Shown here one piece after another: positions 59,203 through 64,000 of a stretch of 64,000 nucleotides of DNA. Position 1 is the first letter of the stretch. Each line of letters opens with the position of its first letter. Below the pieces are notes generated by a model, which did not search any database, was not told the DNA's origin, and saw only the letters and a program-made list of their open reading frames with translations. The translations under genes were made by a program, and so were the position numbers. Location: contig OZ316891.1 of NCBI GenBank assembly GCA_973895155.1, forward strand, positions 6,667,708-6,731,707, written 5' to 3'. This DNA comes from Marsupella aquatica (Eukaryota; Plantae; Marchantiophyta).

Positions 59203-60857
59203 CTTTTACACCCTAAACAAAAGTTAGAATGAAGGGGTTCACAAACTAAATTTTTGTACAACATTGAACTACACTATGAGTATTTTTCCCAGTATTTTTT
59301 CAGATAAATAATTTATTCATTTAGTTACTCAATAACTCGTGGTGGCACACTTAGTTATTAGTTAAGCATCATTGACATTTTGGAATATAAAACACTTCCA
59401 TCTTTCCACAAGGCAAAATGGGGAGCCCAGTAACACTTACTTTTTGATGAAGACATAATGTTTGGATGTTACAAGGGGTATTCAATAGCATATTTGATAA
59501 TCATTACATCAAAATTAAAGGACCCCAAGGTGTTTAGTTTCATCCTTTGCTAGCTGGCTGCTAATATATGTGTAAATTAGTTCGTGGACCTCTATCTGTT
59601 TTTATTTGATTGAGATTTAAAAGTAGTGAGATATGTGATTTACATGGGCACAAGAAGATTGAGTTGAACAACAATCAATTCATTATTATCTGAAGTTCCT
59701 GCCTGGTCCAGGTCCTTGCTCTGACTTGCATTTGTTGCAAATAGTGATGATCGAGGGACAACAGAAGTACCGGCCCGCTTGGTCAATTGACACAAGGGAA
59801 GATGTCAATAGGTGTGCACGTTGCCATCTGCTCAGTGGTGGTCCTCATCTCAACAATGACAGTATTCCCATCTCAGCGAATTGTATTTTCATTGTACAAA
59901 AATGATTAAGTTTGGAGCATTGGATCCATAATTTCTCAGAACTCACATAGCTCTCCTAGTTGGTGTGCTCAGGTGCGAGACCTTCCTATTGAAACCATGA
60001 AATCGGGAAGTCACTAATGCTGATGCTGATGTTCACTAGTACTCAATTAGTTGCAGAGCTTGCAGAGAGAGATTTGCTTACTCAATGAATATATTGAACC
60101 ACAATTCAGAACGAGGGTGAGCAGTCGGTTACTCGGGCAACAAGATTTAATTACAAAATTGAACCACAATTCACAAAAAGGGTGGGCACTTGGTTACTCA
60201 AGGTAAATAAAACGGAGGGTGAACCTATTACTAATTGAACAGTCAGTTACTCAGGGTAAATAAAACGGTTATTTTTGAAACATTTTTACATCAAGGTTTA
60301 TGGCATGGCGTCTTCAATTTTACCAAAATTCTGTTGCAAACAAGAATGTTGAAGTAATTTTATTTTGTAAACCAATTCGTACCTATTTGCAGCGTATCAT
60401 GATGACGTGACACGCTGTGGAGTCTCAGATTTTGGAAGGGACCCCTAGTGGGGTCTGTAATTAATAAATATATTAAACTAGCTGGTGAGTCTAGCCTGCA
60501 GCCAAGTAGAATACATCAAAAATTCAGAATAATTGGAGGCTAAGTCCCGGGCTAAGTAAGCTGTGAATTCATTGGTCAGGTTCAGTTGGTTAAGTTCAGT
60601 AGGTGGTGATCAGTATACAGATTGAAGTTTTCTCTTGGCAGCGTCCTTTCATTTTAGATATTATCGATGATATACTAATCGTTGAGACCAGCCATGTCTG
60701 TCCCTCTCACAATCTCCTCTTCTCACTATGTGACAGCCAGTGGGGATCCCAACCCTAATTCATGACCCACTAAGAAGGCGCAAATGCCCAATCCAAATCA
60801 AATCGCAACCCTGATGTGACAGGGCGCTGGTTAGCTGCAAGAGCCTGCCACGTTAGC

Positions 60858-60949
60858 CATCCCTGATTTCCAAATTAATAGTAACTTTCTCATCCCTGAT
60901 TTCCAAATTAATAGTAACTTCCTCGTCCCTGGTTTCCAAATAGTAACTT
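60858..60949. repeat. 33-bp tandem repeat, ~3 copies
   Basis: catccctgatttccaaattaatagtaactt repeated. Confidence 0.85.
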
Positions 60950-63900
60950 TTTCATGGTTTGGATACATCGAAAATCATTTGGAAAACGTGGTAAAGAGCA
61001 TACAGGCTGCCCAGCTGTTGGTTTAGTTTGGTGGTGGAGGTTCCGTGAGTGGCAAGTGATCCTGAAATCTCTTCTCTCTCCCTATATAAGCCCCTCATTC
61101 TGGAAAGGTTTGTAATCAGCCAAGCTGCTGCCTCCGCGCCGAAGCTTGCAACGTTGGGAGGTTCTACAAAGCTTGTTGGAGAGAGATAGATTTTCTTTCC
61201 TTCTTCAAACTGGTGAGAGAATCGATGCATGCATCTAACTCTGATAATCACAGCTTGTTGCAAGCTGCGCAATCTATCCAGTTCTTCTTGACTTAAGTGC
61301 ATTCCATGCATACACGAGTTCCGGAGATGAAGCCCCTGAGTGGTTTCCTGAATTCAAGAAGTCTCCACCCCGCCTGTCAAAGGCTGCTGAGACTATGGAC
61401 AGCATCTCCCACTCCTTCAGAGTGTGACATCCAAAAACGGGTCCAAAAATTGCTCAAGAGGTCGAGAGAGGTGACGAAGTTGGCTAGGCTGCGGATCTCA
61501 AGGAGCCAACAGATGAAGGCACCAGTCGGATCTCCAAAGCGTGGGTTCTCGATGGAAGGAGCAGATTCCCAGCAGAACAGGAGATCAAGGAAGCACCTGA
61601 TGCTGAAGGTAAACGAGGGCACCTCGAAGGGAACGGGAGTGGAGAAAAACAAGGGTCCTGCAATTGCAGTGGACACTGTTGATTGGGCTACTGCAGCCAC
61701 GATATCTAGGGTGAGCAATGAGTGCAACCAGATGATAGCGAGATACATTGCTGGGAACGAACACTTTGGCGAGATGGAGGAGGATGGATCTCTGTCCCTC
61801 ATGGTGTCTGAAGTATGGGAGGGCCTCCAAACCTTGAAGGTGATCTGCTGTCTAAAACCACTTTCCAACCCATAACTTTTCTCCGGCCTAGCTATATAGT
61901 CTGAAGCGTGCCAGTACGTACTTGCAAGAACTTTGCAGGATACTTTAAATGTACGATCCATGCAGTCTCCGTTCCAGTCCATCCACTCAAGAGATATATC
62001 TGTTGTTATGCACAGCTTTGCATGCCAGTTATGCATTAATTAAACGTACAAAAGCTTCACTCAAGCCTATTCGATTTCTGATGATCTTGAAATCTTTTTG
62101 AATGCAGGAAAAGAAAGTTAAGGTTACGTTGGAGATCGTCCAACAGGTCAGAACGTTATCCCTTTTCCGTTTCCATTCCTCCCAAAGAGATACTCAAATA
62201 AACTCATCCCTTATCTCCTATCTGCTTCTTGAGGGAAATTCACAGTCTCAGGCCCAAGTTTCCCAAACGAAGAGTTTCTGGGCCCTGCCAGAAACAAACA
62301 ACTTTGTTTTTTGCACTATTAATTAATTAGATTAAGAAGGTGCTTTGTTTGTGTGAGTTTGTTTAATGTCTAGTTGTCTATCGTTTTGTGATAGTTTAAT
62401 TGAGTAGATTGAAGAAATCCTAAACTATCGAGATAAGGCCGGCCTGGACAGATATAGATGGGGGGCGTATGAGCTAATTCTTTTTAGGTGATCGATCATT
62501 TTGTTGTTATTACGTGATATTTGGTTTAACCTAGCTGTCATTTACTTCTTCTAGCTTGCTAGCAGACATGACCACACTAAACATGGCCTTTGGGGACCAA
62601 ACTCAGTTGGTACTCGATCAGTTGTTCCTATCTCGCACCGATTTGTGTTCAAATTACCACTAGATCTGGCCTTCTAATACGTAAACTTGCTTATGCCTCT
62701 GGCCGGCTCCATCACCGCTCTCAACACAAATTTTATCATTTATTCATTAATGAGTCTTTCTAAGAGCAGGCGTCCCGTTGGGCTTTATCATGAATTGACA
62801 GTTTCATCGAATCTCGAAAACCAGTTCCCCTATGCTGACTATATATATATCTAGCTACTTAAGCTAGGACAACAGATCACTCTAAACTTACACAATCGAT
62901 CTCTTAATTTCACCAGGCAACTTTGTTCCTAACTTTGTGACACTGGAGAAGAGACCAATATCCTGGCCCGGCCCCCACTGTGTTAATTAAGTACCTTGAC
63001 GGACCATATTAGGATAGTGCCTTGAATATTTTCCCACTCCTCTACTTTAGTCAACTTGAGGAGGCTATGCATTCCCAATTAAGAGTTGGCGATGCTCTAA
63101 GTTTCCCTGCCCAGAGATACTACCTTTTAATGGTTTATTTGCTAATGTCAGGCTTAATTTTCAAACGTACGTACACTAATGCATATATTTTTCTCACAGA
63201 TGGCTTGCAGATGGATGTACCAGTACATAGGGGCAAAAGATAAAAAGCTGATAGCTCATCCCCCATGCGTCAAGAAGATACCCAGGTACATTTGATTTTG
63301 AAAGATTTTGGTCCTAAATTAAATATTTAATTATAAAGACAAGAAGATGTGATAGATTACTTACATACAAGGGTAATTGGGGGTCACTTCCGATACGTAC
63401 TAACAAATGATCTCGTAGTACAGTAATTGGCGGGCTGAACAGGAAAAATTACAGAAAACCTACAGCAAGGACAACATCAAAACATATTACCCATCCAAAA
63501 AGGACTTCACTACCATAGGAGCTCCATGGGGACTTGACGCTCACCGGGTATGAGCGGGGGTATGAGTTTATTGTTACTAACTAACGTTGTTTAGGATTTC
63601 AGGTTAAAGTTTTTAACTAGAATATATCAAGTTTGTAGAGTCAATAATTATGCCTTTAATTTGAGTTCGACTTGAACACGTCTTTCTTGGCTGGCTTTCG
63701 ATCAATTTGCATAATTTTGTTCAGGTCGAAACTATTTTCGTGAATGAGCGGAAAAGAGTTCTTAAGAAAAATCCCGAGGCTAGGGAAAGACTGAAGAGCC
63801 ACTTCTCTCGGGATATCAGTAATACACTCAGGTTTGCTCTTTAAAGTTTTCTTGCAAACGAAAGCAATATTTGTGGAAAAGACTTTTTTAATTTGATGTC

Positions 63901-64000
63901 TCTCTAATCTAGTTTACTTGGCAAATTTGAAGATAGAATATCTGCATGGCTCTAACACCTGGTTTAGTAATCGTGATACCCGCCAAGACATTAGTGATAA

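Overview
Intron-rich nuclear DNA from a land plant, probably a bryophyte such as a liverwort (inferred from gene style, not provable here). Bases ~1-17.2 kb look like part of a very large, partly decayed DNA-transposon-like element whose left end lies outside the window. It carries a Tnp1/En-Spm-like domain fragment, a small Cys-rich ORF, three F-box-like cassettes, and a reconstructable ~1,800-codon multi-exon gene (ParB/Srx-like domain, degenerate N4/N6 DNA-methyltransferase-like region, acidic/coiled-coil linker, Ulp1/C48 protease). That gene is followed by three phase-compatible FCP1/NIF-like HAD cassettes. An 18-bp palindrome, SACGCG-N6-CGCGTS (~35 copies by eye), occurs in its tandem arrays and in most introns and spacers, and I did not see it after 17.2 kb. 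The rest is host chromosome: BMS1 (promoter tandemly duplicated), a germin-like gene, UFC1, a 5' IDI duplicate fragment abutting an RbgA/MTG1-family GTPase gene, an internally deleted Copia element with an antisense RNase H1 hybrid-binding-domain ORF, and an IDI gene with a decayed N-terminal extension. All domain calls are by-eye motif recognition; no searches were run.
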